This document shows, piece after piece, positions 28,145 through 38,583 of a DNA stretch of 64,000 nt (positions are counted from its first letter, which is position 1; each line of letters starts with the position of its first letter). Made by a program: the position numbers and the translations under genes. Origin of the DNA: a virus; the IMG/VR virus record IMGVR_UViG_3300037484_000374, positions 32,001-96,000 of that record; one strand, given 5' to 3'. A model generated the notes under the pieces. It worked only from the letters and a program-made list of their open reading frames with translations. It ran no database searches and was not told the origin of the DNA.

Positions 28145-28323
28145 TTCACATACTGTGTTCGGACGCATCTCTGGATAGTATTATTCAGGAACAGTATCAA
28201 TTGGCGAGGGGTTCCAACATATCTATCTTAGATAGTAATAATATGCCAGATTTTGAACGGAAGATGTTACTCGGTATGTTGCTCAGAGATTTGAAAGCTG
28301 AGAAAGAACAATTCGAAAATTAA
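28138..28323 (+). CDS. gp51: gp51-like segment in the -1 frame, probably read by ribosomal frameshift
   Basis: YIIHILCSDASLDSIIQEQYQLARGSNISILDSNNMPDFERKMLLGMLLRDLKAEKE; T TTT TTT at 28132-28138. Confidence 0.75.
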   Translation, partial: YIIHILCSDASLDSIIQEQYQLARGSNISILDSNNMPDFERKMLLGMLLRDLKAEKEQFEN

Positions 28324-28364
28324 TTTAATAATAACCCACTTAGTTTACACTAACGGATCATTAG

Positions 28365-28409
28365 GGGTCTAAAGGGCATAAATACTTATGAACCTTTAGA
28401 CCCTTTTTT
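28365..28409 (+). terminator. Hairpin with U-tract; CATAAATA in the loop
   Basis: GGGTCTAAAGG...CCTTTAGACCC-TTTTTT. Confidence 0.6.
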
Positions 28410-28410
28410 A

Positions 28411-30348
28411 TTGGTGGAGAGAATGGATAAACAACTATTAAAAGAGATGTTGAAAACAAAAGAAGCTGAATTAGCATCTATTAAAGAGCAAATGGTAGAT
28501 GTTAAAACCCAGCTTGGGTTGCTTCATGGAAAACCAAGTTTTAGACTTGGTGACGATGCTGAACTTATATCTAAAAACAAGGCACTGTTGGTTGGTAGAG
28601 ATGAGAAAAAACTTGAAATAGAGGCATTAAAAGAGCAAATAAAAGGTATTAAATCAAGTAGATCAACTCCAACAAAAAGAACACAAGAAATGACATCACC
28701 GGAAACCCCTGTGGTTAATATGGTACAGGATAATGTTGTAAAAGATGCTATGAGTTTTTTCCATCCACCACCGGAAGCCCCTGTAAATGCAAAAGAATTT
28801 CTTGGAGTACAACCAATTATAATAACCCCAAGATCAGACCTAACACCAACAGGTGACCCAACTAAAACAGTCCTTGGGGATTTTATTGGTTTTATGAAAG
28901 GGTGGTTCAGTGGTGATTTCCTTAGATATTTCGGAGAAGCGATTCAGAAAGGTTTCGACACCGTAAAATCTCATTTTAATGAAGTTCTCGGTGAGTTAAA
29001 TAGTGATATCATAGACCCAATAGTGGATATAACAAGAAGCACATTCACGGGTTTCATGAAAATGTTTGGTATGGATGCAGAAAGACGCAAAGCCATGTGG
29101 GGAAAGATGTTTGAAATGATAACAACCCAAAAGATTCGTGATAAACTTAATGATATGAAAGAAAAGAACCAGATAAGTGGTTTTGGTATACTACTGTTTG
29201 CTGTAGGGGCCATAATAGGTGCTGTTATTGGTCAATTAACCGCTCCATTTAGATTCCTTGGATGGTTAGCCACTAGAGTCCCTATTATTCAAAAGGGTGT
29301 TGATATGTTTGTTAAGGCATTTAAGGGCTCTGGATTCATTGGTAAGATGTTCAAACCTCTTAAAATGTTTATAAACTTCTTTAAAAAATTTGGTGGTATA
29401 CTTGCAAAAGTTCCAGCGTTAAAGATATTTGGGTTAGGTTTTATATCAGGATTCAAGAAAATATTCTGGCCATTACAAGTAATCATGAGTGTTATTGATT
29501 TTGTTAAAGCATATCAATCAACAGAGGGTGACGTAGGAACAAAAGTAATTGCCGGTATAAAAAACGTTGTTATGAAATTCCTTGAAATGCCAGTAAGATT
29601 GCTTGGATGGTTGTTTGAAAAATTCCTTGGATTATTTGGTGTTGAAGTTACCGGTACGGGTGATAAATTAATGGGGTGGTTAGGACAAGCATTTGATATG
29701 TGGATCGGATATATTAAATTCATGTGGAAATGGGTTGTTGAAAAACCAATAGAACTTTTAAAATTTATATTTGAAGGGTTGAAAAGTTTTCTTGATGATT
29801 TTGGTGTTACGGAATGGGTATCCGGTGTCACAAATACAGTAGTTGATTTTTTCACAAACATCATCAACACCATAGGTGATGCATTTAAAGAGTTATGGGG
29901 TGCTATTAAAGATAAAGGTATCCTTGGTTCTATAATGGGTATTTTTTCAAGTAACAAGAAAGAAGAGGCTCATGGGGCCGCTCTTGGTGGATTTGTTAAA
30001 ACTACAGGTCTTGTAAATGTTCATGCCGGTGAAGTGATTGGACCTATTGAAAAAATAATTGACTCACCTTCAAAAATCATAACAAGAACAAAAAATGAGA
30101 TCAACGAGAAGAAAAATGAAATAGAAAAACAAAAAATAATAACCTCTAAAAATTTAGAAAATATAATTAAAGAGTCAAACATAAGAGTTGCTGATGCCAT
30201 AGGACAACAAACAGGTGAACTCGGTAACACAATAAATGCAAATGTAGTTCAACAGAGTCAATCAGGTGGTAGTTCAAAAGAATCAATACCAGATGAAATA
30301 GAGAACTTTGGTATCTTACTTATGAATAAATCATGGGGAATGGGTTAA
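28411..30348 (+). CDS. Tape measure/baseplate hub protein (gp29-like)
   Basis: Long helical protein with G/F/W amphipathic repeats; ALGGFV..VHAGEVI; follows the chaperone genes. Confidence 0.75.
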   Translation: MVERMDKQLLKEMLKTKEAELASIKEQMVDVKTQLGLLHGKPSFRLGDDAELISKNKALLVGRDEKKLEIEALKEQIKGIKSSRSTPTKRTQEMTSPETPVVNMVQDNVVKDAMSFFHPPPEAPVNAKEFLGVQPIIITPRSDLTPTGDPTKTVLGDFIGFMKGWFSGDFLRYFGEAIQKGFDTVKSHFNEVLGELNSDIIDPIVDITRSTFTGFMKMFGMDAERRKAMWGKMFEMITTQKIRDKLNDMKEKNQISGFGILLFAVGAIIGAVIGQLTAPFRFLGWLATRVPIIQKGVDMFVKAFKGSGFIGKMFKPLKMFINFFKKFGGILAKVPALKIFGLGFISGFKKIFWPLQVIMSVIDFVKAYQSTEGDVGTKVIAGIKNVVMKFLEMPVRLLGWLFEKFLGLFGVEVTGTGDKLMGWLGQAFDMWIGYIKFMWKWVVEKPIELLKFIFEGLKSFLDDFGVTEWVSGVTNTVVDFFTNIINTIGDAFKELWGAIKDKGILGSIMGIFSSNKKEEAHGAALGGFVKTTGLVNVHAGEVIGPIEKIIDSPSKIITRTKNEINEKKNEIEKQKIITSKNLENIIKESNIRVADAIGQQTGELGNTINANVVQQSQSGGSSKESIPDEIENFGILLMNKSWGMG

Positions 30349-31193
30349 TGAATAATAGATGGCCGAGAATATATCCAGTTGGTGGTGGAGAATCAACATA
30401 TGGTGGCAAAGACACTTTATGGATTGAGTTTGAAATTCTTAGAATTGAACACCAGAATTTTGATGTTCGTGAGAAGGGTGGTATATCTGTTTTTGAAACA
30501 GGTGAGAAGTTTTATTTATTAGCACCAAACGAGTTTGGCTTAAATGTATCACATAGATGGGGTGATGATAAGAATATAGGGGCGAGGCTCTTAGAGAAGG
30601 TTGTTCATTTAAAACATGAAACAAAGGAAATAAAGGCAGTTTATAAATCAATAGATAATTTATTATCAAATTCCGGTGCGACATCCTTAAAAGCTGGGCT
30701 TGCAGGTGCAAAAATACATGATTTTCAGAGAGTAGATGCACCGATGATGTATACTGATTCAGAACACAGAACATATATATTTGATTTTATTTTTGCTGAT
30801 CAGGGAAAAATATATGAGGATGTTTATCAACCTATTGATATGTTACAAAGATATTCCAGTGCTGTTGATATAGACCAGACAATTAAAATAGAACTCCCAC
30901 ATATTTTTAAGATAAGAACAGTTGACGGTAATAATCAAACCAAAAATATTATAAATGTTGATAGAGCCGCTGTAACAAGTATGCAACCGGTGTTTAAGGG
31001 GCCATATAGAGATGGATACCCAACACAGGCAACTCTTTCCATAACCTTTGTTGACTTATCGCCATTGTTTGCGAGTCAGTGGGGGCCAGGAAGGAACAGA
31101 GTAAATGTTACTGAAACAAGTAAAAGGGATTCAAGTAATGCACATGAAACCTTGCCTGTAAGAACAAACGGAGAATATGGGGTTAAGAAATAA
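30333..31193 (+). CDS. Baseplate tail-tube cap (gp48-like)
   Basis: RTYIFDFIF, DGYPTQATLSITF. Confidence 0.6.
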   Translation: MGNGLMNNRWPRIYPVGGGESTYGGKDTLWIEFEILRIEHQNFDVREKGGISVFETGEKFYLLAPNEFGLNVSHRWGDDKNIGARLLEKVVHLKHETKEIKAVYKSIDNLLSNSGATSLKAGLAGAKIHDFQRVDAPMMYTDSEHRTYIFDFIFADQGKIYEDVYQPIDMLQRYSSAVDIDQTIKIELPHIFKIRTVDGNNQTKNIINVDRAAVTSMQPVFKGPYRDGYPTQATLSITFVDLSPLFASQWGPGRNRVNVTETSKRDSSNAHETLPVRTNGEYGVKK

Positions 31194-31573
31194 TGGCGGT
31201 TATAAAAGAAGATAAAACATTTATAGAGCTAACTGGTAGTAGTTTACCTATAACATCAAGACTAAGAATGTTCAACATTCTGAAAGATACCGACGGTACG
31301 AGATTTACCAATATATTCAGGTCTTTCATTGTTGATAATGATATAAAAGATAATGATGATTATTACACCCTACACCTTGCAATCGTTGATGAGTGGTGGG
31401 ATAATGTATCGTTTCGTTATTATGGTGCGCCAGATTTGTGGTGGGTTTTATGTTTGATGAATAATGTTATAAACCCATTTGAAGATATTGAAGAGGGTCA
31501 ACAAATAAAAGTATTAAAAGAACAATATTTGTATATATTATTCAACGACATAGGAAATCTATCTGAATTATAA
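31193..31573 (+). CDS. gp53: Baseplate wedge (gp53-like, LysM-type)
   Basis: WDNVSFRYYGAPDLWWVLCLMNNVINPF. Confidence 0.85.
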   Translation: MAVIKEDKTFIELTGSSLPITSRLRMFNILKDTDGTRFTNIFRSFIVDNDIKDNDDYYTLHLAIVDEWWDNVSFRYYGAPDLWWVLCLMNNVINPFEDIEEGQQIKVLKEQYLYILFNDIGNLSEL

Positions 31574-32817
31574 TGACTGATTTTAAAACAGAAAACTCAA
31601 GACTATTTTCCATATCAATAACAACATCTGTTGACACATACCTTATTGACTTGGCTGAATTAAAACAACTCTATTTTATAGAAGACATATATTCTTTTTG
31701 TATGACAGGAAAACTGATATTCAAAGATACTCATGGTATATTCGAATTTGGTCTAATGAACGGTACAGAACAAATCAAAGTATATTATGGAGAAGAATCA
31801 GATAAGGTTCTTGATTTTTACGTATATAAAATAAATGAAATTAGCGGATCATCCAGCAGTAATATGTTTGAAAGAAATATGATAGAGGTTGTATTTGTTG
31901 ATAGATATTTTCATCTACTTCATTCAAAACATCATAGCCTTTCATTTAAGGATGAAAAATATACAGATATAGTTAAACAAATAATGAAAGAGCATTGTGG
32001 TGTTAGTACATACGATGTTGTTAATGATTGTAAAGAGAAAATACCATATTACAGTACATCATATAACACACCGGCAACAAATATAAAATGGTTGATGAAT
32101 AGATGTTCTGAACTAAAAACAAAACAGCCAGGATATCTTTTATATAATTCAACAAAAGATAAGTCATGGAATCTTACAACCCTCGAAAAATTGTTACAGC
32201 AAAAAACATTAACAAAACCAGAGGGGTTTAAGGGGATATATACTTTCACCACAGAGAACATTTATTACATAAATAAAATACTCTCATATAAAATAAACCA
32301 TTTAGATCATAACTCAATAAAGTCACTGGTCAGTGGTAATTTACTGGGCTTCGATCCAAGTAGAAAAAAATTCTTAAAAAGAGAGTACACATATAAGGAT
32401 GGGATTAACAGGTTTACCATACTTGGAAAGCAATCACTATTTCCAAGTGACGTGGAGTATATAGAAACAAAACAACAGCTTACAGGTGAGGTAGATGAGA
32501 AAATAATGGATAATATCTATTTCAGTAATTGGATTAAAGAGTATTGTATGCAACAGTTGGTGGTTATGACTGTGAGAGGTCATGAAGACAGACATGCAGG
32601 TGGTATGATAGAAGTGGAATGGCCATCCATAAATGCAGACCACAAGATGAATAAAAATATGATAGGAAAATATCTTATAAAATCTGTTATTCATAGTTTC
32701 GATAACTCAGGCGATTTTAAATATAAACAAAAACTTATATGTATTAAAAATGGTTATTATGAGTCAGATGATACGAGATTGGTTCCAGCTGTGAATAAAA
32801 ATATAGGAAAACAATAA
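31573..32817 (+). CDS. Baseplate hub (gp27/gpD-like)
   Basis: IEDIYS..GKLIFKD; GKYLIKSVIHSF. Confidence 0.75.
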   Translation: MTDFKTENSRLFSISITTSVDTYLIDLAELKQLYFIEDIYSFCMTGKLIFKDTHGIFEFGLMNGTEQIKVYYGEESDKVLDFYVYKINEISGSSSSNMFERNMIEVVFVDRYFHLLHSKHHSLSFKDEKYTDIVKQIMKEHCGVSTYDVVNDCKEKIPYYSTSYNTPATNIKWLMNRCSELKTKQPGYLLYNSTKDKSWNLTTLEKLLQQKTLTKPEGFKGIYTFTTENIYYINKILSYKINHLDHNSIKSLVSGNLLGFDPSRKKFLKREYTYKDGINRFTILGKQSLFPSDVEYIETKQQLTGEVDEKIMDNIYFSNWIKEYCMQQLVVMTVRGHEDRHAGGMIEVEWPSINADHKMNKNMIGKYLIKSVIHSFDNSGDFKYKQKLICIKNGYYESDDTRLVPAVNKNIGKQ

Positions 32818-34106
32818 TGTTAAAAGGAAAACTCGAAACATATCAACAGCAATCAGATAATAAATTCTATGGTATATACCGTGGAGTTATTGAAGATAGA
32901 GATGATCCAGAAAAAAGATGTCGTGTAAAGGTTCGCGTATTTGGAATACACACCGATGATATAAATAAAAACCAAACAAAAGGTGTCCCAACAGATGATC
33001 TACCATGGGCAGAGCCGTGTCATGGTCTATTTGAGGGTTCTATAAGTGGTTTTGGTTCGTGGGCTGTTCCTCTACATGGTAGTCATGTATTCTTATTTTT
33101 TGAGAACGGTAACCCTACACAACCAAGATATTTCGCCACATCATCAGGAGTACCAGAGGAAGTACCGGATAAAACAAAAGGATTTAACGATCCAGATGGT
33201 GTTTATCCAAGACCCGATAGAATTGGTGAATCAGATGTTCACAGGTTAATGAGAAGTGAAAATATAACCGAGACACTTGTTCAAACAAAAAACGATAATC
33301 TTGACGGTAAAGATACCCCAATAGAGACAGCTGACAATTTAGCTGATTGGAGTGAGCCAGAGAGCGCATACGAGGCCGAATATCCAGATAACATAGTCAT
33401 GGTCACCCATGCTGGGATCACCGTAGAATTCGATAATACACCCAATAAACGCCGTGTCCATATTTATCATCCATCCAATAGTTATATTGAGATAAATGAA
33501 GAGGGTAGAATGGTTATCAGGAACAATGATGATAAATATGAAATAGTCCTTGGAGATCACAATATTCATATCGCGCAGGATGAGAATACAACTATTGATG
33601 GTGACAGAACCCGTAAAGTTGTTGGTGATGAATCAATAGATATCGATGGTAACCAAAAAAGGGATATCATCTATGATCAAGACCTCACAGTAGGCGGAAA
33701 CCAAACAGAAACTATTGATCTGAATAGGACAACATTGGTAAAGCAGAATGTTGATATTACAATCGGTGAGGATGAAACAAGAATCATCGAGGGTAGTAGA
33801 GCAGAATCAACAGTGGGGAATGAAGTAAATTATATTGAGGGTAATAAAACAGAGAATATAGTTGGCAACAGGACGAATACTATTGATGGTAATCAAGACG
33901 AAACAATTCAGGGTCACTTGAATATAACGATAACAGGTCAGTGTACTATAGATTGTAAAGACAAAGTAACAATAAATGCAGATGCCACTGTCGAAATTGA
34001 CGGTGGTAGTGGTGCGCCTATAGGTGTTGTACAGGGAAATTGTATCTGTGCTCTCACCGGTCAACCACATATGAATGTGTCAGCAACAGTAAAAAGTTCA
34101 TACTAA
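32817..34106 (+). CDS. gp5: Central spike (gp5/VgrG-like) without lysozyme domain
   Basis: YRGVIEDRDDP..RVKVRVFGIH, LPWA, ~8-residue beta-helix repeats, C-terminal CICALTGQPH. Confidence 0.9.
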   Translation: MLKGKLETYQQQSDNKFYGIYRGVIEDRDDPEKRCRVKVRVFGIHTDDINKNQTKGVPTDDLPWAEPCHGLFEGSISGFGSWAVPLHGSHVFLFFENGNPTQPRYFATSSGVPEEVPDKTKGFNDPDGVYPRPDRIGESDVHRLMRSENITETLVQTKNDNLDGKDTPIETADNLADWSEPESAYEAEYPDNIVMVTHAGITVEFDNTPNKRRVHIYHPSNSYIEINEEGRMVIRNNDDKYEIVLGDHNIHIAQDENTTIDGDRTRKVVGDESIDIDGNQKRDIIYDQDLTVGGNQTETIDLNRTTLVKQNVDITIGEDETRIIEGSRAESTVGNEVNYIEGNKTENIVGNRTNTIDGNQDETIQGHLNITITGQCTIDCKDKVTINADATVEIDGGSGAPIGVVQGNCICALTGQPHMNVSATVKSSY

Positions 34107-34118
34107 AGGAGATAGAAT

Positions 34119-34340
34119 ATGGCAGGGATAGACCAATCAGGATACGCAATGGCCGATTTAATTATAGCACAAACAACCGCTGTTACAGCTGGGCAGTTTG
34201 AGGGTGGAGATGATGGATCGGCTTATAGAAGAGAACAATTAGCCGCAATGTGTAGAGGAATAATTGCAAACATTGTCGCAGATTTAAAAGCCGTTGGAAC
34301 TGATACCCATGGTGATGGCCACAATTTAGATTTGGTGTAA
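34119..34340 (+). CDS. Small hypothetical protein after the spike gene
   Basis: 73 aa, strong RBS. Confidence 0.6.
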   Translation: MAGIDQSGYAMADLIIAQTTAVTAGQFEGGDDGSAYRREQLAAMCRGIIANIVADLKAVGTDTHGDGHNLDLV

Positions 34341-34341
34341 T

Positions 34342-35052
34342 ATGAGTATTAATCCTTGCGATAGCTTACAATCGAGTTTGGATACAAGTTTGAGACAGAT
34401 GAACCTTTCACGCTCACAAATGACATCCACATTAAACCTCACAAAAAGTTCTTTGTCTGGTGTCACATCCCCAGCCGGTGATACATTGACGGAGTTGAAC
34501 AATGCAGAAACTACAGCACTATTAGAGATTAATGAAACTGGAAGTGTAGTATCAAACTACACGGGAAGTTGTCTTAGTAGTGTTTCAAAGGCTCTTGGAA
34601 GTGTTACGAGAGATTCAGGTGGTACAGTTGGTAATATACTTGGTAGTATTTCAAGTGCTGATCCAGATGTAACAGCAATGCTTGGAGCTTTATCAAAAGT
34701 TTCTGGGCTACAGGGATTAGTTACAACATTAAAAATACCACCCCTCATCACAAAGTTAGATGAGTTAATGACATGTGTTGAGAGTGCCGGTTGTGTTGAT
34801 GTTGGTACAATGCAAAATTATTTAGATCAAGTTGATAGCTTCCTATCAGATATGTCATTGAGTGATGCTGGGGAACTAGACACAACATCAATGATGACAA
34901 CGGTCGGGCTTGATACAGAGATACAGGATAGTGTAGCAAGTGGTATTGAAAAGGTTACCAGTATGAAAGAAACCATTGGATCGGCGGCAAGCGGATTATC
35001 TGGTGGGTCGAGCATATGGAATAAAGTAAAAAACCTATCAGCAAGATTTTAA
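34342..35052 (+). CDS. Hypothetical Ser-rich virion-region protein
   Basis: 236 aa within the baseplate operon. Confidence 0.6.
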   Translation: MSINPCDSLQSSLDTSLRQMNLSRSQMTSTLNLTKSSLSGVTSPAGDTLTELNNAETTALLEINETGSVVSNYTGSCLSSVSKALGSVTRDSGGTVGNILGSISSADPDVTAMLGALSKVSGLQGLVTTLKIPPLITKLDELMTCVESAGCVDVGTMQNYLDQVDSFLSDMSLSDAGELDTTSMMTTVGLDTEIQDSVASGIEKVTSMKETIGSAASGLSGGSSIWNKVKNLSARF

Positions 35053-35063
35053 TGAATTTTTTA

Positions 35064-35071
35064 TATAAATA
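35064..35071 (+). promoter_or_regulatory. T4-type late promoter
   Basis: TATAAATA. Confidence 0.7.
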
Positions 35072-35090
35072 TTAGAGAGGGTAATAATAA

Positions 35091-35462
35091 ATGGGCTGGA
35101 AAGATTTTGACATTGAACTTAATAAACAACAGGGTGGTGATGTAAAAGCCATGACTGATGTTGATGCTATAAAAAATTCCCTTACTAATATTGTACAAAC
35201 ATTCCAAGGTTCTCGGAGAATGATACCAAATGCGTTTGTTGATATATATAGAACATTGTTCGAGCCGATGGATAGATATACGGCTGAACGGCTTGGTAAT
35301 AACATATTAACAGCCATTGAGAAATGGGATGATAGAATCGTAATCGATGCCATTAACGTGGATGCTGATTATGATAATAATTTATATAAAATAATTATCG
35401 AATTTAGAATAACCACATCGGATGAAATTGAAACAATGGAAGTTATTCTGAGAGCTATATGA
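35091..35462 (+). CDS. gp25: Baseplate wedge (gp25-like)
   Basis: DVDAIKNSLTNI, LFEP, IEKWDDRI. Confidence 0.9.
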   Translation: MGWKDFDIELNKQQGGDVKAMTDVDAIKNSLTNIVQTFQGSRRMIPNAFVDIYRTLFEPMDRYTAERLGNNILTAIEKWDDRIVIDAINVDADYDNNLYKIIIEFRITTSDEIETMEVILRAI

Positions 35463-36199
35463 TGAAATTTGGGAAATACTTATTAGAAGAAAATATATTC
35501 TTAACAATGAAACCGGATGATTTTGTTACCAAAACAAATATCAATCTTCAAAGAGAATATGATAACCTCAATAAGAGTTTGTTTAATAATGAATTAGAAA
35601 AATACCCGTTAAAATGGTCTAATAGAAAGGGTGTTGGTGGTACAACAGTTTCAACAGGTGTTAAAAATAAACCTTCAACATGGGTTTTGAAACACATAGA
35701 AATATCATTGTATTATGAAACCACATACGGGGATTTTCTAAATGTTCTTGCTCATGAAATGATACATGTAAAACTTACTCAGGAAAAAACATCAGACCCT
35801 AGTGGTGGCCACGGAATATTTTTCAAAAGTGAGATGAACAGAATAAACCAGATGAATAAAGGAATTAAGATCACCAACAAGATGGATTTAACCAATAAAG
35901 CCCCTGTAAAAACCGGTGGGAAAATTAAACATGTTGCTGTTGCTATGATAAAATTTAGTAATGAGAAAGGTATTGTGGTTTATAACTTTAAAAATATTAG
36001 TAGAATACTTGAGACATTCAGAGCGTACCCAGCGGCATGGTATATTGATAAAACAATTTACTTTGTCAAGTCAGATGATATACGATTATCAAAATACCCA
36101 GTTAAGAGATCACAATCTGGGAATTTTGGATATTACACCATAGATGATGCTACTTGGAATGAGATAAAATCACAAGGTAGATCAATAGAAACACTATAA
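35459..36199 (+). CDS. SprT-like Zn metalloprotease with capsid-targeting-like N-terminus
   Basis: LNKSLFNNEL, VLAHEMIH, GHGIFF; N-terminus MKFGKYLLEE. Confidence 0.85.
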   Translation: MMKFGKYLLEENIFLTMKPDDFVTKTNINLQREYDNLNKSLFNNELEKYPLKWSNRKGVGGTTVSTGVKNKPSTWVLKHIEISLYYETTYGDFLNVLAHEMIHVKLTQEKTSDPSGGHGIFFKSEMNRINQMNKGIKITNKMDLTNKAPVKTGGKIKHVAVAMIKFSNEKGIVVYNFKNISRILETFRAYPAAWYIDKTIYFVKSDDIRLSKYPVKRSQSGNFGYYTIDDATWNEIKSQGRSIETL

Positions 36200-36205
36200 T
36201 GATAC

Positions 36206-36835
36206 TTGAGAATTATGAAAAAATGTAATAAATGCAAAGAAGAAAAACCGATATCATATTTTAATAAAAGAAAAAGAAATAAGGATGGGTTGGAACACTA
36301 TTGTAGATCGTGTATGGTAATATTAAGAAAAAAATGGGATCATAAGTATTCAAAAACTGACAAATTTAAAAAGTGTCAACATAAATATAATACATCTGAA
36401 AAGGGAAAGGAAAAATATAAAAGACATTTCAAGACAGATAAAGGAAAGGAAACACTTAGAAAATATCGATCATCTGAAAAGGGTAAATTAATACAAAAAA
36501 GATATAATAGAAAAAACTATAACAGCATATCGGGATCAATGAGAGCAAGGATAAACCAATCACTGAAGGGTGGAAAATTAGGGAAGCATTGGGAAGAATT
36601 GATAGGTTATTCTCTGGAAGACTTAAAAGAACATCTTGAGAAATTGTTTAGAAAAGGTATGAATTGGGATAACCACTCTTTAGGTGGGTGGCACATTGAT
36701 CATATAAAACCGATATCATATTTTAATATAGAATCATATGATGATAAGGACTTTAAAAAATGCTGGGTGTTGGAAAATTTACAACCCCTATGGGCAGAGG
36801 ACAATATGATAAAAGGAGCAAAGATAAATGAGTAA
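36206..36835 (+). CDS. HNH endonuclease
   Basis: N-terminal CNKC..CRSC; WHIDHIKP..NLQPLWAEDNMIKG. Confidence 0.85.
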   Translation: MRIMKKCNKCKEEKPISYFNKRKRNKDGLEHYCRSCMVILRKKWDHKYSKTDKFKKCQHKYNTSEKGKEKYKRHFKTDKGKETLRKYRSSEKGKLIQKRYNRKNYNSISGSMRARINQSLKGGKLGKHWEELIGYSLEDLKEHLEKLFRKGMNWDNHSLGGWHIDHIKPISYFNIESYDDKDFKKCWVLENLQPLWAEDNMIKGAKINE

Positions 36836-38579
36836 TAACCTAACACCCACATTCTTAGAAACAGATTACAACACTTTAAAAGCAAAACTGACCCAGTTGA
36901 TGAAGAAATCTGATACTTTTAAAGATTATAATTACGAAGGAAGTAATATTTCAATGTTGATCGAATTGGTTTCGTATCTCGGTGATCTCAACACATTTTT
37001 CACAAATCTTCTTGCCAAGAATATGTATGAAGATACAGCGGATGTTTATGAAACAGTCCACAGACTCGTAAGACAAAAGGGCTATAACCCACTTGGATAT
37101 AAGTCATCACAGGTAACTATCACGGCGGCACTTTCAGGTGTTCAGGTTGGTGATGTTTTACAAGTACCGGCATGGACATCCATAGATACCGGACTAACCA
37201 CAGATAATGGGGATTCAATATATTACACCATCACACAAGATCATGATTTTACAGCTGACACTGCCCCGCTATATGAGTTTGATTTAATAGCAAGAGAGGG
37301 TGAGGTTAGTGAACTTGAGTATAAAGGAAGTGATCTGGTTGATAATATAATAATTCTACCATTTTCTACTTTTGACCATGGCTCATATCCTTTTGATATA
37401 CGAGCAATTCAATTAACCGTTAACGGTACAGCATGGACAAGAATATCTGATTTTTATGAAGACGTTACTGGTCTTATTGATCAAGATAATGTATTCATTT
37501 TTAACTATGATAAATATGAGAGATATGTTATTGAGTTCTCATCCTCAAGAAATGTTCCAGAAACCACAGATGATATCAACATTACAATGCTCAAATCAAA
37601 TGGTGTTGATGGTTCTATAGGTGCTGGAACAATCACAGAAGCAGATGATAACTTTGTTGTGAATGTTACAAGAGGGGTGATTTTATCTACAATGGGTAAG
37701 GATGATCTTGATTCATTCACAAATACAGAGGCATCTTTCGGGGCTGCAAATCCTGAAACAGTCGAGCAAATGAAAAGTAACTCAAAGGCGGTTGTTCATT
37801 CACAGCTGAGAAATGTTACTACTAAGGATTATATAAGTCATTTAAACGGTAGAGGTGATGTTGTTGCGAGTAACGCATGGGGAGAACAGGAAGAGAACGC
37901 TGGAAATACCCTAGAATATAATAAAGTATATATTAGCCTTATACCACCTCGTAGCGATGCAACATATTTCATTAACGGAACATTAGATATGGTTGCTACA
38001 ACGTGGGAGTATTCTCAAGACCATACGATAACAGGAACGATATACCTTCCATCACCATCTGGATATAATACAGATTTTAAAGAAGATGTTTTACAGTATC
38101 TTGAACCACGTAAGCACATAAACGTTTATGAAACCTTTGTAATTCCAAATCTTGTGTATTTTAGATTTGAAATAGGTTTAAGAATAAAACGTATCTACAA
38201 TTTCAATGATGTGAGACAGGCAGTTCTCGACAAATTAACATATTATTTTGATCCAATGTTCAGATCATTTGGTGAAAAAGTAAATTTCCTTGACATACAT
38301 GACTTCATTCTTAATGAGGATATCACATCGGACGATTATGACTTCGCAAATATTAGGGGTATTCAGAACTTGGTATTCAGGGATGTTGTTACATACACAG
38401 ACAGTTTATCCGGGGCCGACAAAGAAGAAATTTTTGAACCTTCAAGTTCTCAGTATCCACAGTTTGTAAATTCAGCGTATTCTGGATATGTTGATAACGT
38501 TATGCGACCAGTAAAACTTGATAGAAAACAATTTCCGGTTATAGCCGATAATCATTGTACCTTTATAAGCGAAGGATAA
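36828..38579 (+). CDS. gp6: Baseplate wedge (gp6-like)
   Basis: FKDYNYEGSNISMLIEL, RNVTTKDY, AWGE. Confidence 0.9.
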   Translation: MSNNLTPTFLETDYNTLKAKLTQLMKKSDTFKDYNYEGSNISMLIELVSYLGDLNTFFTNLLAKNMYEDTADVYETVHRLVRQKGYNPLGYKSSQVTITAALSGVQVGDVLQVPAWTSIDTGLTTDNGDSIYYTITQDHDFTADTAPLYEFDLIAREGEVSELEYKGSDLVDNIIILPFSTFDHGSYPFDIRAIQLTVNGTAWTRISDFYEDVTGLIDQDNVFIFNYDKYERYVIEFSSSRNVPETTDDINITMLKSNGVDGSIGAGTITEADDNFVVNVTRGVILSTMGKDDLDSFTNTEASFGAANPETVEQMKSNSKAVVHSQLRNVTTKDYISHLNGRGDVVASNAWGEQEENAGNTLEYNKVYISLIPPRSDATYFINGTLDMVATTWEYSQDHTITGTIYLPSPSGYNTDFKEDVLQYLEPRKHINVYETFVIPNLVYFRFEIGLRIKRIYNFNDVRQAVLDKLTYYFDPMFRSFGEKVNFLDIHDFILNEDITSDDYDFANIRGIQNLVFRDVVTYTDSLSGADKEEIFEPSSSQYPQFVNSAYSGYVDNVMRPVKLDRKQFPVIADNHCTFISEG

Positions 38580-38583
38580 TTAA

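Noticed and set aside
33541-33990. Repeats in the spike gene as a diversity-generating region
   Set aside because: Ordinary degenerate beta-helix repeats of gp5/VgrG
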